From Nitrospirales bacterium (GTDB lineage: Bacteria > Nitrospirota > Nitrospiria > Nitrospirales > UBA8639): DNA of 64,000 nt. The notes below the pieces were generated by a model, which saw nothing but the letters and a program-made list of their open reading frames with translations, was not told the origin of the DNA and made no database searches. Where the stretch lies: assembly GCA_965223275.1 (NCBI GenBank), contig OZ244992.1:2993134-3057133 (forward strand), given 5' to 3'. A program made the position numbers and the translations under genes. Below are positions 46,725 to 57,168 of the stretch, in pieces (within the stretch, counting starts at the first letter, position 1; each line of letters starts with the position of its first letter).

Positions 46725-47660
46725 TTAAAATACTTTTCGTGATTTTATTTCTAGTGCTTGTCTCACTAAATTTTGAGCTTCTTGGTGGGGAGGCAAAAAG
46801 GTGTAAATCATTTTGGAAATAGCAGTAAACATACTATCGAGAGCCTGTAACGTGGCCGATTCACAAGCAGAAGCCAAGGCTTTTCGGGCTTGTATGCCAG
46901 CAACATGTAACTGGTTACCCAAATGGAATTGAGTTTTAGCTTCGCAACTGGTATTGATGGGCTCTACAGAGAGATTTTTTATCCAGAGCTTTTCCTTTGA
47001 TTGAGGCTCAATTAAAACAAGATCAGCGGATAGTGAGATCATTAAACGGGAATGGCAGTCCCAATGACCAGGAAAAATTATGAAAAAGGCTCTCTTAGAT
47101 GTGCAGTTTGGGCGTTGATCTATATTTAAGAGCACTTCTGGAATAGCAACATAATGGATGGTTTTTTTATCCTCGTAGGTCATGTGCTCCAGAGATTGAA
47201 AAGTGGTTTTCACTCCTATTCCCTTTTCTAGCATGAGACGTTCGGTTTCATTTAAAAGTTTTTTTTGGAATATAGAAAATGGAGTGTGGAAATCAGGAAC
47301 AATGTTTGTAGGGTTGTTCTGGAAGGGTAGGCCTTTAAGCCCTCCAGATTGATCCGTTGGCGGTTTGGGAGAGTTGAGTTCTCCAATGGGGCTGATTGCG
47401 GCGGTGATTGCTGATGATTTGGTCGTTTTTTGGGACGTACCCTCATAGCCTTTAAACCGGGGAGCATACCCCTGCTCGGGAGAAATATGGATGAGGGCGC
47501 TAGAACAACCGAAAAAAGAGAAACTAAAAATGAATAGGGAGCAAGTTAAAAAATTTAATTTTTTTCTTGCCCAGGAATTTTCATTTGATTCAGAAGGTAC
47601 ATGTTGCTGTTCAAATTTAAGAGTAAAAGGGATTTTTGTCATTAACCATATTCCTTTCAA
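46725..47660 (-). CDS. Hypothetical lipoprotein
   Basis: Hydrophobic stretch ending in lipobox FFG-C; start uncertain. Confidence 0.7.
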   Translation of the reverse strand: MKGIWLMTKIPFTLKFEQQHVPSESNENSWARKKLNFLTCSLFIFSFSFFGCSSALIHISPEQGYAPRFKGYEGTSQKTTKSSAITAAISPIGELNSPKPPTDQSGGLKGLPFQNNPTNIVPDFHTPFSIFQKKLLNETERLMLEKGIGVKTTFQSLEHMTYEDKKTIHYVAIPEVLLNIDQRPNCTSKRAFFIIFPGHWDCHSRLMISLSADLVLIEPQSKEKLWIKNLSVEPINTSCEAKTQFHLGNQLHVAGIQARKALASACESATLQALDSMFTAISKMIYTFLPPHQEAQNLVRQALEIKSRKVF

Positions 47661-47786
47661 ATTTTAAAAGGTGGTTATGAAATTCAATAAGTCGATATTC
47701 GGAGAATGATTTTATATGTACTAAGAATATTCTGAGTGCTCCCCACAAATGCCCCAAAAATTTATCATGGCCTGAGTAATTTAATG

Positions 47787-47812
47787 CCTGTCCCTGGACA
47801 GGTCTTTTTTTT
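47787..47812 (+). terminator. Intrinsic terminator-like hairpin
   Basis: CCTGTC-CCTG-GACAGG followed by TC and T8. Confidence 0.5.
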
Positions 47813-47945
47813 GCCCCTGATGCGGGGCTCTAAGAGATTCGTTTGATTTCGGGGGCAATCTACAGGGAAAGAGAAAAAGGAATACCTTCCGCGACCGGAA
47901 AAGTTTCAGGTCTTCGTTGGTGTCGAGATTCTTGCCAAAAAAGAA

Positions 47946-48602
47946 TTAATTAGGAGGAAAAGGATCTTTTCCTAGAAAGATCGGGGCCAAAATTCGAAGA
48001 CACTCTCGCGTGCGTAGGCCGAGTTTCCGGCATAGGTTGAGTTGGTGAAACTTCAGGGTTCGTTCGGAAATCTTAAATTGTGTGGTGATGGAAGTGTCGG
48101 GCAGGCCCATGCCCATCGCAAGAATTATCCGTTGTTCTCCAAAGGTTAGAGGGTGCCTTGAAAGGGCTTTGGGATGGTGGATTGCCGAATTCATGGTTTC
48201 CCAACTATCAAACGAAAGAGCAGGAAAGTCGTTTGCCAATGCCCAAACGTGGTGGGAAAGAGGAAACAGTCTGAGTAGCACGTGGAAATGACGGCCATTT
48301 TTACGGCTCAAAGGAATAACGAGATATTGTGGCCCTCCACAGTGTAATACCTGCTGTATGGTCCCGAGTACTTGTTCGCCGATGGTTTTTGGTAAAACTT
48401 GGGTCACGCTTTTCCCCTGTAAGCTGTGCAGATCGTATAGGTGTCCATAAATGGGGTTGGGGTATTCCACATCCCTATAGGTCCCAAGGTTATCCCATAG
48501 AAATATCTTGTGGGGAAGAAACAGTTCGAGAGAACTCCATGGATCCAAGGGGTTTTTACGATAATTCTTTATTGGAGATAATGGGAGAGGAGTCTTGTGC
48601 AT
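47946..48602 (-). CDS. PAS-like plus LuxR-type HTH regulator
   Basis: LQGKSVTQVLP PAS-like segment; LTFGEQRII..M.MG.....I..QF.ISERTLKFH..NL.RKLG. Confidence 0.75.
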   Translation of the reverse strand: MHKTPLPLSPIKNYRKNPLDPWSSLELFLPHKIFLWDNLGTYRDVEYPNPIYGHLYDLHSLQGKSVTQVLPKTIGEQVLGTIQQVLHCGGPQYLVIPLSRKNGRHFHVLLRLFPLSHHVWALANDFPALSFDSWETMNSAIHHPKALSRHPLTFGEQRIILAMGMGLPDTSITTQFKISERTLKFHQLNLCRKLGLRTRECLRILAPIFLGKDPFPPN

Positions 48603-48820
48603 ATTCTTAAGGGTTTTTGGTTTGGGCGTGGGTCATTTCTCACAAAACTCCAAGCTATTTTAAGAAGAATTCTGTGAGGGGGTATGATGGGAGGGCTAGA
48701 GAAGGTTTGCAGGAGAGGGGAATAAAGTCAATGGTCGGGTGGGTTAGGCGAGGGCAGACAGGACCTATGGATCTTTTATGAATTGATACCTGGTTGCTTT
48801 CAAGTGGGGGAAGGACGGAA

Positions 48821-51652
48821 TTAGGGTCGTTTGCCGAGAAAAGGCTTAAGATATTTTCCGGTCACGGATTCTGTAGAACTCGCAATGTCCTCAGGGGTCC
48901 CTTCTGCGACGATGTGCCCTCCAGCTTCCCCGCCGCCCGGCCCTAAGTCGATGACCCAATCAGCAAATGCGATGACGTCCAAATGATGTTCGACGAGTAA
49001 AACGGTGTGGCCTTCATCGACTAACCGCTCTAAGACGGATAACAGTCGATTGACATCTTCCAGGTGTAAGCCACGTGTGGGTTCGTCCAATACGTAAAGC
49101 AGTCCCTTCTGTGGATTCTTTTTTTTGTTATTGGGAAAGGAATAACTGAGTTCTCGTGCGATCTTCAGGCGTTGGGTTTCCCCTCCGGAGAGAGTCGTGG
49201 CTGGTTGCCCTAGTCGTAAATAGCCTAAGCCGAGTGTTTGCAGAATAGAAAGGCTTCTTTTGAGGGATGGGCAATCGTTTCCAAATTTGGTGAGGGCTTG
49301 GTCCACGGTCAGGTTGAGGACTTCATGGATGGTGTACCCATTCACATGAATCCGTAAGATTTTTTCTTTGAACCGTTTGCCGTCGCAATCGGCACAGGGA
49401 ACATACAGGTCGGCAATAAAGTACATATCCAGTTTTTCGTATCCGTTTCCCTGGCATCGCGGGCAACGACCCTTCCCGGTGTTAAAGGAGAAATGCGCAG
49501 GCGTGAGGCGGGCTTTTCGGGCCTCAGGCGAAGAGGCAAACAGCGCACGAAGGTCTTGGTAGGCTTTCAGGTAGGTGATAGGGTTCGATCGTGGGGTCTT
49601 TCCGATAGGTTCTTGGTCGATGAGACTCACGGATTGTATGTACTCGATCCCCGTGAGGGACTCGAATGCTCCAGGCGGGGGAACGTTGACTTTGAAGGCC
49701 CGAGCGATACTGCGGTAGATGGTTTCTTCCACCAGGGTACTTTTTCCAGACCCGGAAGGACCGGTGATACAAATTAATTTTCCCAGAGGAATTCGTACGG
49801 AGAGATCCTTGAGATTGTGTTCTCGGACACCTGTCCATTCTAGGTATTTCCCGGTTCCCGATCTTCGGGAAGGTGGGGGGGGTAGCCTACGATCGCCACG
49901 CAAATATTGTGCAGTCAGTGCCGTGGGGTGTTGTAAAAATTGATCAAAGGATGCCGCGCAAATGACTTCCCCTCCTTGCGATCCTGATTGGGGACCCATT
50001 TCCACGATATAGTCCGCTTGTCGAATGATATACGGATCGTGTTCCACGACGATGACCGTGTTGCCTCGATGCGCCAAATCGCCAAGGATATTGGACATGG
50101 CTTCAGTATCCTGTGGGTGGAGACCAATCGTCGGTTCATCGAGAACATATTGGGTGCCCACGAGCCGGGCTCCGAGCTGGTTGGCCAAATGGATGCGTTG
50201 GGCTTCACCGCCCGAAAGCGTCCGCATTTCGCGATTGAGGGTCAAATAGGACAAGCCAACAGAGGTGAGGAATGAGAGTTTCTCTTCGAGGGTTTTCCGC
50301 AGGTCCTGGCTGAGTGATCGGTCAAAGGTGCTAAGCGGCAGGTGCTGGATCCATTCCAAGAGCGTATCAATGGGCCATTCCCCGATTTCGTGAATATTTC
50401 GTTCAGCAATTGTGACCCACAACGCCTCGGGTCGAAGGCGGCTTCCTCCGCATGCCTGGCAGGGAAGAGGGCTACGATACCGACTTAAGAATACCCGAAC
50501 GTGAAATTTGTAACGTTTGCTTTCGAGGTAATCGAAAAAATCATTGATTCCCTCAACTTTTCCCGCTCCTTCCCAAATCAAGTCGCGTTCTTCCTGGGTC
50601 AGTCGCCGGTACGGTTTCTGGGCATCAAATTTTTTCCGGCTAAACGCTTTGAGCATGTGTTCCTGCCACCAGGCGTTCGAAGGTTTGGTCCAGGGTTCGA
50701 TAGCCCCTTCCTTCAACGACTTGGCGGGATCAGGAACGATCAGGTGTTCGTCATAGCGTAGGATGTTGCCGAAGCCCTTACATTCTGGGCAGGCCCCTAA
50801 GGGGTGGTTGAAGGAAAAGGTGAGGGGGCGGGGGGGCTGGAAGGTTCTGCCGCATCCAGGGCATTGAAGGTGAGCGCTATAGGCGTATTCTTGTGTCTTG
50901 GCCACAATGATACGGGCTTGACCATCGCTTTCACGATAGGCGGTTTCAATCCCTTCGACTAATCGACTGCGAGATTCACTCTTCAGCGTCAGGCGGTCCA
51001 CGACTACCAGCCACTGTTCAGGTGGGGCAGCAGGCAGGGGATCATTTTGCAGATTGATGAGATGGCCATCTGCGAGGATCCTGATGAATCCTTGCTTGAG
51101 CAGATCCTTCTTCAAGGATTCCATCGAGTCGTGGCCTAAAGGAGTTTGAGGAAAACAAATCAAGGCTTGTTGGCCGGAAAATTTTGTCAATAATTCCTGA
51201 GCGAGTGCCGTGGGGTGATGAGAAATGGCTTTTTGCTTGCAGTCAGGGCAAATGGGTGTTCCGATCTTGGCGAATAACAGGCGTAAATAATCGGAGATTT
51301 CACTCGCCGTCCCGACCGTGGAACGGGAGGAGCGGATGGGATTCTTCTGCTCAAGGGCAATGGAAGGGCGAATGTGAGCCAAATGATCAACATCCGGACG
51401 TTTCACCCGATCCAAAAACATCCTCGTATACGCTGAAAGTGATTCGACGTACCGCCATTGGCCTTCCGCGAAGAGGGTGTCGAAAGCTAGAGAAGATTTT
51501 CCAGATCCGGAAACTCCGGTGACGACTGTGACGGCGTTATGGGGAATTCGAAGGGAGATATTTTTCAGGTTGTTTTGCCGCGCTCCTTCGATGATGAGTT
51601 CTGGATGAATCGAGGAAGCTTGTGTGGAAGATGGTTGAGTGCGAGGTGGCAT
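48821..51652 (-). CDS. uvrA: Excinuclease ABC subunit A
   Basis: GARQNNLKN, two GxSGSGKS Walker A motifs, two LSGGE.QR signatures, Zn-binding CxxC pairs. Confidence 0.95.
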   Translation of the reverse strand: MPPRTQPSSTQASSIHPELIIEGARQNNLKNISLRIPHNAVTVVTGVSGSGKSSLAFDTLFAEGQWRYVESLSAYTRMFLDRVKRPDVDHLAHIRPSIALEQKNPIRSSRSTVGTASEISDYLRLLFAKIGTPICPDCKQKAISHHPTALAQELLTKFSGQQALICFPQTPLGHDSMESLKKDLLKQGFIRILADGHLINLQNDPLPAAPPEQWLVVVDRLTLKSESRSRLVEGIETAYRESDGQARIIVAKTQEYAYSAHLQCPGCGRTFQPPRPLTFSFNHPLGACPECKGFGNILRYDEHLIVPDPAKSLKEGAIEPWTKPSNAWWQEHMLKAFSRKKFDAQKPYRRLTQEERDLIWEGAGKVEGINDFFDYLESKRYKFHVRVFLSRYRSPLPCQACGGSRLRPEALWVTIAERNIHEIGEWPIDTLLEWIQHLPLSTFDRSLSQDLRKTLEEKLSFLTSVGLSYLTLNREMRTLSGGEAQRIHLANQLGARLVGTQYVLDEPTIGLHPQDTEAMSNILGDLAHRGNTVIVVEHDPYIIRQADYIVEMGPQSGSQGGEVICAASFDQFLQHPTALTAQYLRGDRRLPPPPSRRSGTGKYLEWTGVREHNLKDLSVRIPLGKLICITGPSGSGKSTLVEETIYRSIARAFKVNVPPPGAFESLTGIEYIQSVSLIDQEPIGKTPRSNPITYLKAYQDLRALFASSPEARKARLTPAHFSFNTGKGRCPRCQGNGYEKLDMYFIADLYVPCADCDGKRFKEKILRIHVNGYTIHEVLNLTVDQALTKFGNDCPSLKRSLSILQTLGLGYLRLGQPATTLSGGETQRLKIARELSYSFPNNKKKNPQKGLLYVLDEPTRGLHLEDVNRLLSVLERLVDEGHTVLLVEHHLDVIAFADWVIDLGPGGGEAGGHIVAEGTPEDIASSTESVTGKYLKPFLGKRP

Positions 51653-51784
51653 GGAGGGAAGACGTAATGCTGAGAAAGTCAAGGATTCGTGATTCGCAGG
51701 ATCGAGACCTCCAGGGTGCAATGATAGTTGTACCCTGTTTGGAAGACTCTCGCCAAGTAGGAATGGGGACGAGAAGGGAAGGGA

Positions 51785-52174
51785 TTACAAGCGTCCGAGG
51801 GAATCCCCGGCCCAAACAGCCACTAGGCCCAGGATAATATGGAGCAGGATGTTGGCGAACGATTTCACGACTTCGCCGTCTTTCAATAATGCGAGCGATT
51901 CAAAGCCGAACGTCGAATAAGTCGTAAATCCCCCTAAAACCCCGATAAAGAGAAAAATACGGGTGTCGGGTCCAAGCAAATTTCGGGTTTCGGTTAATCC
52001 GTGAAGATACCCGATCGCCAAACATCCCACGATATTGACGGTGAGGGTTCCGATTGGGAAGAGGGGGAGGGGACTTAGGCGATTGGCGAATCCTGCGACC
52101 ACGAAACGCCCAACCGAGCCCAGGAATCCTCCTAGTCCAACCCATAAGAGTTGTGGCAAACCATATGGACTCAT
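51785..52174 (-). CDS. crcB: Fluoride efflux channel CrcB/Fluc
   Basis: GGFLGSVGRF, GTL.VN, GVLGGFTTYSTF. Confidence 0.95.
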   Translation of the reverse strand: MSPYGLPQLLWVGLGGFLGSVGRFVVAGFANRLSPLPLFPIGTLTVNIVGCLAIGYLHGLTETRNLLGPDTRIFLFIGVLGGFTTYSTFGFESLALLKDGEVVKSFANILLHIILGLVAVWAGDSLGRL

Positions 52175-52304
52175 AAGAAATCGCTTCTCAGGCGACTGTG
52201 CAGGTGTTCACGACTTTTTTCAATGAGGAATTTCTCTGCTATGGATAAGGCGGTGTTCTTTATGGGGCATCTTATTGTTTCGCGCGCGTTCTTCAGAAAA
52301 CGTG

Positions 52305-53090
52305 TTAGCGTCGCGATGAGGGTTTGCCATTCTTGCCTACGACGGGAAGGTGTTCGGTATGGTGGGTCCAAAGTGCGATTCCTCCCAGCAATCCTGCGAC
52401 ATTCGGGATGATGCTCACATGAGGGGGCAACGCAATGTCGACTTTTTTTCCGTTCCCTCCTCCAATATGGAGATGATCAAAGTTGATTACCCGATCCAAA
52501 ATCTCAATCGCTTTCTCCAGAGTTTGATTCCACTTTTTTTTCCCATCTCTCTTTAAGGCGACTGCTCCCAATTCTTCTTCATAGGTTTTGCCTTTTCGGA
52601 AGGGGTGATGAGCGATTTCCATGTTGGGAACCAGGTGGCCATTGACGAAGAGGGCGGTGCCAAATCCTGTGCCGAGGGTGACGACAAGTTCGACCCCCTG
52701 GCCTTTAATGGCTCCAAATCCCTGAACATCGGCATCGTTGGCGGCTCGGACTGGTTTTTTCAGGCGACGCTCTAAATCGCCGACGAGATATGTTCCTGGC
52801 CAAGAAGGATCGAGGTTCGGCGCAGTCTTGACCCGTCCCCGTTGAATAACCCCTGGAAAGCCCACTGACACTCGATGGAATGACTTTAATCCTTTGGCTT
52901 TGGCGATTTCTGCTATGGTGGACAGGACAGCTTTTGGGGTCGAGGGTTGGGGTGTGGGGATCCGAATTCGTTCGGTCACAGGTTCTCCACCGGGGTTTAA
53001 CAGTAATCCTTTCGTGCCTGAGCCTCCAATATCAATGGCTAAGGTAACCGCCGATTTAGGGAATTTGGGAGTTTTGCGAGTCGTCGCCAT
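52305..53090 (-). CDS. ppgK: ROK-family kinase, polyphosphate glucokinase-like
   Basis: IDIGGSGTK, GFPGV, ANDADVQG, TLGTGFGTALF, NMEIAH, HIGGGN, AGLLGG. Confidence 0.75.
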   Translation of the reverse strand: MATTRKTPKFPKSAVTLAIDIGGSGTKGLLLNPGGEPVTERIRIPTPQPSTPKAVLSTIAEIAKAKGLKSFHRVSVGFPGVIQRGRVKTAPNLDPSWPGTYLVGDLERRLKKPVRAANDADVQGFGAIKGQGVELVVTLGTGFGTALFVNGHLVPNMEIAHHPFRKGKTYEEELGAVALKRDGKKKWNQTLEKAIEILDRVINFDHLHIGGGNGKKVDIALPPHVSIIPNVAGLLGGIALWTHHTEHLPVVGKNGKPSSRR

Positions 53091-53109
53091 GTTGTCTCTC
53101 CTCAATGAG

Positions 53110-53718
53110 CTAATCCTGTGATGATGCTATGGTATTGATCTTTGCCCGGCCGTTATAGATTGTGCCTCCCTGTCGAACATAGTCGTGCAATACGTTGACG
53201 GCCTGGGTTCTTCCAATATCGATCTTAACGGAAATTCCCCGTGTTTCAAGTTCGCTGATCCAATCGCCCGGTTTTGGCCCTTCATCAAAACCTATGGCTT
53301 CGGCATCCTGACCTCTGGCCCCACACGTCATGTGCCGAATGCCTGACCAGATCACTGCCCCCAGACACATCGTGCACGGTTCACAACTCGTCACTAATTC
53401 GTATGGGGGCAATCCTTTTTCCCCAAGGTTATGCGTGTGCAGGATATGTTGGGCTACCAGAATAGCCATGATTTCGGCATGAAAAATGGAACAGTGCTTC
53501 GTTTGAACCAAGTTGATTCCTGGGGCGACTAGTTGATACGTGTCTAATCGAAACACTCCAGCCGCAAAGGGGCCACCGGTTTTTTCTGTAATATTGCGAT
53601 TGGCTAAATTGGTGACCCATTGCATTCGATCTTCCGGCGTGGGGAATGAGCCGGGAGGCTGTTGAAGGGAGTCTTTCAACCAACCAGGGAACTCAAGGGC
53701 AATCTCTGGGAGAATCAA
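53110..53718 (-). CDS. Zinc-dependent nucleoside/nucleobase deaminase
   Basis: GGPFAA, HAEI, SCEPCTMCLGA. Confidence 0.9.
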   Translation of the reverse strand: MILPEIALEFPGWLKDSLQQPPGSFPTPEDRMQWVTNLANRNITEKTGGPFAAGVFRLDTYQLVAPGINLVQTKHCSIFHAEIMAILVAQHILHTHNLGEKGLPPYELVTSCEPCTMCLGAVIWSGIRHMTCGARGQDAEAIGFDEGPKPGDWISELETRGISVKIDIGRTQAVNVLHDYVRQGGTIYNGRAKINTIASSQD

Positions 53719-54294
53719 GCCGACTCCTATTATCTGGGATGAGGGAATTCACACTTGAGGGAATTGCGGGTTTGAGCCCGTGTATTCAGGAGAAGGAAGG
53801 ATTGATGAAATTCGAGGGGCAAAGAGATCAGTCCTCCTGCCCCTCGAACTTCGTGGAATCTTCCACACGAGATGATCCTCTTTTTCATGAAACCCAACTG
53901 TGGTTTGTCGACGAGTGCTTCGTTCAAGAATCGGCCGTATCGTTCATTGGTGGAGAGTGACCCAACTGTCCACTTCTCTCGAGAAAAGCTGGAGGTTACT
54001 CGCGTAGGGTTTTGCCACCCTCAAGGCTGCTTTGATTGAGAGTTTAGAACGTAATCGGCGAAAACGATAGGACCCGTCTGGACGGTGAGGATTCTCTCGC
54101 CACAGAAGGGCCAATGGAGCCTGGTGGAGATACGTCATCCATGAGAGACCTCCTTTGCTCGTCATGGGAGAAAGGAGACTGGCACCATCAGCCTGCCTTT
54201 CACTTTCCTCTTCTTTTATCGGTGCATTCCCCATGCTACGCTTGTTGGAAAACGGTGTCAATATCGGCATTTTTCTTAAGGGGAGATCGGCACA

Positions 54295-55104
54295 TTGGAT
54301 CAATTCTTCAAGAAAGTCATCATCATTACTGGGGCATCTGCCGGAATCGGGCGGGCCTTGGCTTGTCGGCTTGCTACGGAACGACCGAAATTAGTCTTGG
54401 CTGCCCGAGACGACACGCGACTTCACGCAGTAGCCGAAGTCTGTCAGGGGTTGGGTGCAGAAACTACCGTGGTTCCGACGGATGTTGCAAGCCCGCAGGA
54501 CTGCAACAATCTCATTCAAAAGACGATGTCTCATTTCGGTGCTATAGATGTGTTGGTGAATAATGCGGGTTTTTCCATGTGGGCTGAAGTTGAAGCCGTT
54601 CAATCGGTCGATCTATTTGAACGACTGATTCATGTGAATTACTTGGGGAGCGTGTATTGCACGAAATTTGCCCTGCCGTATCTCAAAAATTCACACGGAC
54701 GGATTATTGCCAATTCCAGCGTGGCAGGGTTGACTGGTGTGCCGGCTCATTCAGGGTATTGTGCGACGAAACATGCCATGATGGGGTTTTTCGACTCTCT
54801 TCGAATAGAACTACGAGGCACAGGAGTGACCGTCACGGTTGTCGCCCCGGACTTTGTGCAGTCCGAGATTCATGCTCGGAGTTTGGGCGGGAGCGGCCAG
54901 CCTTCAGGTCGAGTGCTACAGAAGCCTGACTCATTCTTATCGGCCGAAGATTGTGCCGACAGAATTGTGGATGGTATGGCCCAGCGAAAGCGGATGGTGT
55001 TTACCTCCTGGCGGGGCAAATGGGGCCGTTGGCTCAAGTTGATGTCTCCATCCCTTGTGGACTGGATGGCCCGAAAAGGTGTGGAGGATGCCTATGGAAG
55101 GTGA
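54295..55104 (+). CDS. SDR-family oxidoreductase
   Basis: TGASAGIG, VNNAG, YCATK. Confidence 0.95.
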   Translation: MDQFFKKVIIITGASAGIGRALACRLATERPKLVLAARDDTRLHAVAEVCQGLGAETTVVPTDVASPQDCNNLIQKTMSHFGAIDVLVNNAGFSMWAEVEAVQSVDLFERLIHVNYLGSVYCTKFALPYLKNSHGRIIANSSVAGLTGVPAHSGYCATKHAMMGFFDSLRIELRGTGVTVTVVAPDFVQSEIHARSLGGSGQPSGRVLQKPDSFLSAEDCADRIVDGMAQRKRMVFTSWRGKWGRWLKLMSPSLVDWMARKGVEDAYGR

Positions 55105-56067
55105 TTAGGGTCGTGCGAAGGAGACCCGTTCGAGTGTGTACCCCTTTTGCGATAAGAGATTCAGGATGCCATCTTCTCCCGGAAGGTGGGCAACTCCCAC
55201 GATAATAAAATAATTTTCCGAATCTTTTAAGAATTTTTCTATTTTTGGGATCCATTTGTGATTGCGTTTGACTAAAAGCGTATCATAGAAAATGGGGTTG
55301 GTTTTGTAACGGTCAACGAGTTTTTCCAGTTCATCTAAGCGTCCCTGATGCCAGCTCGTGGTCATGTGAATAAATTCTTCCTCTCCCGAATTTTTGTCTT
55401 GAATCTGCTTTTGCAAAGCTTTTCGTAATAACGTGTCCTGATCCTTGTAAGACAGTTTGTTGAACACACCGAAGTGTTCCTTCATGGATTCGAGCCCTCC
55501 GGTCGTTTTCCCTGCGTCCTTCGCCATTTGATAGAAGTGATTTTCTACTCCCAACATCGTACTGAAGTCTTTTGCGGCCTCGGATCGTTTGCCGCTCGCG
55601 GTCAAGTAGACTTTCCAGGGTTTAAAATTTTTCAGGAGTCCGATGTCAAGGTCCATTGACTTCAAATGTTTTTTCAGAAGCGAATAGGTTTTGGGGGTCA
55701 GAGCCTTTTTAAGAGTCATCTTATTCTGAAATGTGCTGATTTTCTCGATGTACTTGCGGCCTTTAGAAGAGTAGAGCTTTTTGGGGTCGACCTCCATGAT
55801 GATGTGTTGTGAGTCATAATAGGCATAAGAAAAGGCACGAGTGAATGGGTAGAAATCTTCTGCGAGCGCATGCAGGGAGCCTAAGATGTACACCGTATTC
55901 GTGTCGGATCGTATCTTATAGATTAAGCTGTTGTTATATCCTTTGCCGACCACTTGGCTCAGGGCGGAGGGAGGCATGAAGATCAGCAAAAGCATTCCCA
56001 GCATCAGGCCAATTTGTCGTGTTCTGTCCGTGAGTTGTCGAAGGTTGATCATTAGCTCTCTCCTCAA
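55105..56067 (-). CDS. TraB/GumN-family protein
   Basis: YILGSLH, GVE..F, GGLE, RNHKW, VGVAHLPG. Confidence 0.88.
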   Translation of the reverse strand: MRRELMINLRQLTDRTRQIGLMLGMLLLIFMPPSALSQVVGKGYNNSLIYKIRSDTNTVYILGSLHALAEDFYPFTRAFSYAYYDSQHIIMEVDPKKLYSSKGRKYIEKISTFQNKMTLKKALTPKTYSLLKKHLKSMDLDIGLLKNFKPWKVYLTASGKRSEAAKDFSTMLGVENHFYQMAKDAGKTTGGLESMKEHFGVFNKLSYKDQDTLLRKALQKQIQDKNSGEEEFIHMTTSWHQGRLDELEKLVDRYKTNPIFYDTLLVKRNHKWIPKIEKFLKDSENYFIIVGVAHLPGEDGILNLLSQKGYTLERVSFARP

Positions 56068-56362
56068 GAATTCAATATGGTGATGTTGAAGCGCTTATGC
56101 CGACTCATGAATCCCTTTGCCTTAAATGGATCGGCAATAAACGTGAGAAGATGAATCCTGCGTCGTCTTTGTGCAGATGAGGTTACGTCAGATTTCTGGA
56201 AATTGTTGAAAGATGTCAGATCCTGCAAGCCATTAGTCTTTTGTTCTCAACGGCATTTTAGGAGAAAAGTTTGTTGAACAGGACACATGCGGGATTGAGC
56301 CAGGAAGGCCTTGATGATTCATCAGGGGTGAGGCCCTCGAGTTGAATGTTGATCGTCAGCGA

Positions 56363-56788
56363 TTAATTGGCTGTTTGAGGAGGTGGAGGGGTTTCTTGTT
56401 GGATAACCTGGAAGTCTTTTTGGGTGATGAAATTTCCATCGGCGTATAGGCGGAACTCGTATCGGCCAGGGCCTGGAAAAACCAGGTAGGGAATGTTAAC
56501 TCCAAAGTCATGGGTGGCCAATCGGTTTTTTATCTCAATCGGTGGCAGGGACCCTTTGCCCACCATTTTGTCTTGGTCCAAATACACGAGCTGGATTTCA
56601 AACGCATATTTTCCTTCTGCATCTGTGAGTGAAAAATAGACGCCGACTTGTGGATGTTGACAGGGAAAAGATTTTGCCCAAAGATGGGTAAATGCTCCGA
56701 TGATACTTTTCTTCCCCGTTAGGCTGTCGATGATGATCGTATCACAGACGAGAAAGGCATGAATGATCGGTTTGATGAATTCAGTCAT
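56363..56788 (-). CDS. Conserved hypothetical protein (DUF6941-like beta-sandwich)
   Basis: AFLVCD.II.D..TGKKSIIGAF...FPGPGRYEF.LY. Confidence 0.75.
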   Translation of the reverse strand: MTEFIKPIIHAFLVCDTIIIDSLTGKKSIIGAFTHLWAKSFPCQHPQVGVYFSLTDAEGKYAFEIQLVYLDQDKMVGKGSLPPIEIKNRLATHDFGVNIPYLVFPGPGRYEFRLYADGNFITQKDFQVIQQETPPPPQTAN

Positions 56789-56800
56789 GAGTGTTTTCCT

Positions 56801-57142
56801 TTATGAGGAGACGATAAGTCGTGTTATAGCCACCCCGCCCATGTAGAGGCCCATGGCCATTCCGTAGGCCCACCAAAATCCTAATTTTGGAACTGCCACG
56901 ATCATCGTCCCGACATACAAAAACCATGGGGGTGAAAGCCAGATTAAATTTTTGGCGAAGGAGACGGTTGGGGCGGTTCCCGCATTCACATAGACGAGGA
57001 TAAAGGTGAGGCCGCTAATGACCGGGAGTGTGCTGGCTAAGGCAGCCCAAAATCCCTTGCCATGGCTTCCCAAGTATGTTGAGACGCTGACGAGCAGGCC
57101 GCCCAAGAAAAAATACAATGCATAGCGGGTCATTTCCGACAT
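56801..57142 (-). CDS. Four-TM small membrane protein (DUF3147-like)
   Basis: Four hydrophobic helices; A.ASTLP..S motif. Confidence 0.7.
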   Translation of the reverse strand: MSEMTRYALYFFLGGLLVSVSTYLGSHGKGFWAALASTLPVISGLTFILVYVNAGTAPTVSFAKNLIWLSPPWFLYVGTMIVAVPKLGFWWAYGMAMGLYMGGVAITRLIVSS

Positions 57143-57168
57143 AATTCCCCCATCTTCAGTAAGTCCTC

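Noticed and set aside
52175-52304. Fluoride riboswitch upstream of crcB
   Set aside because: Could not find the GGCGATGG...CGCC / GCTGATGAC consensus on the minus strand
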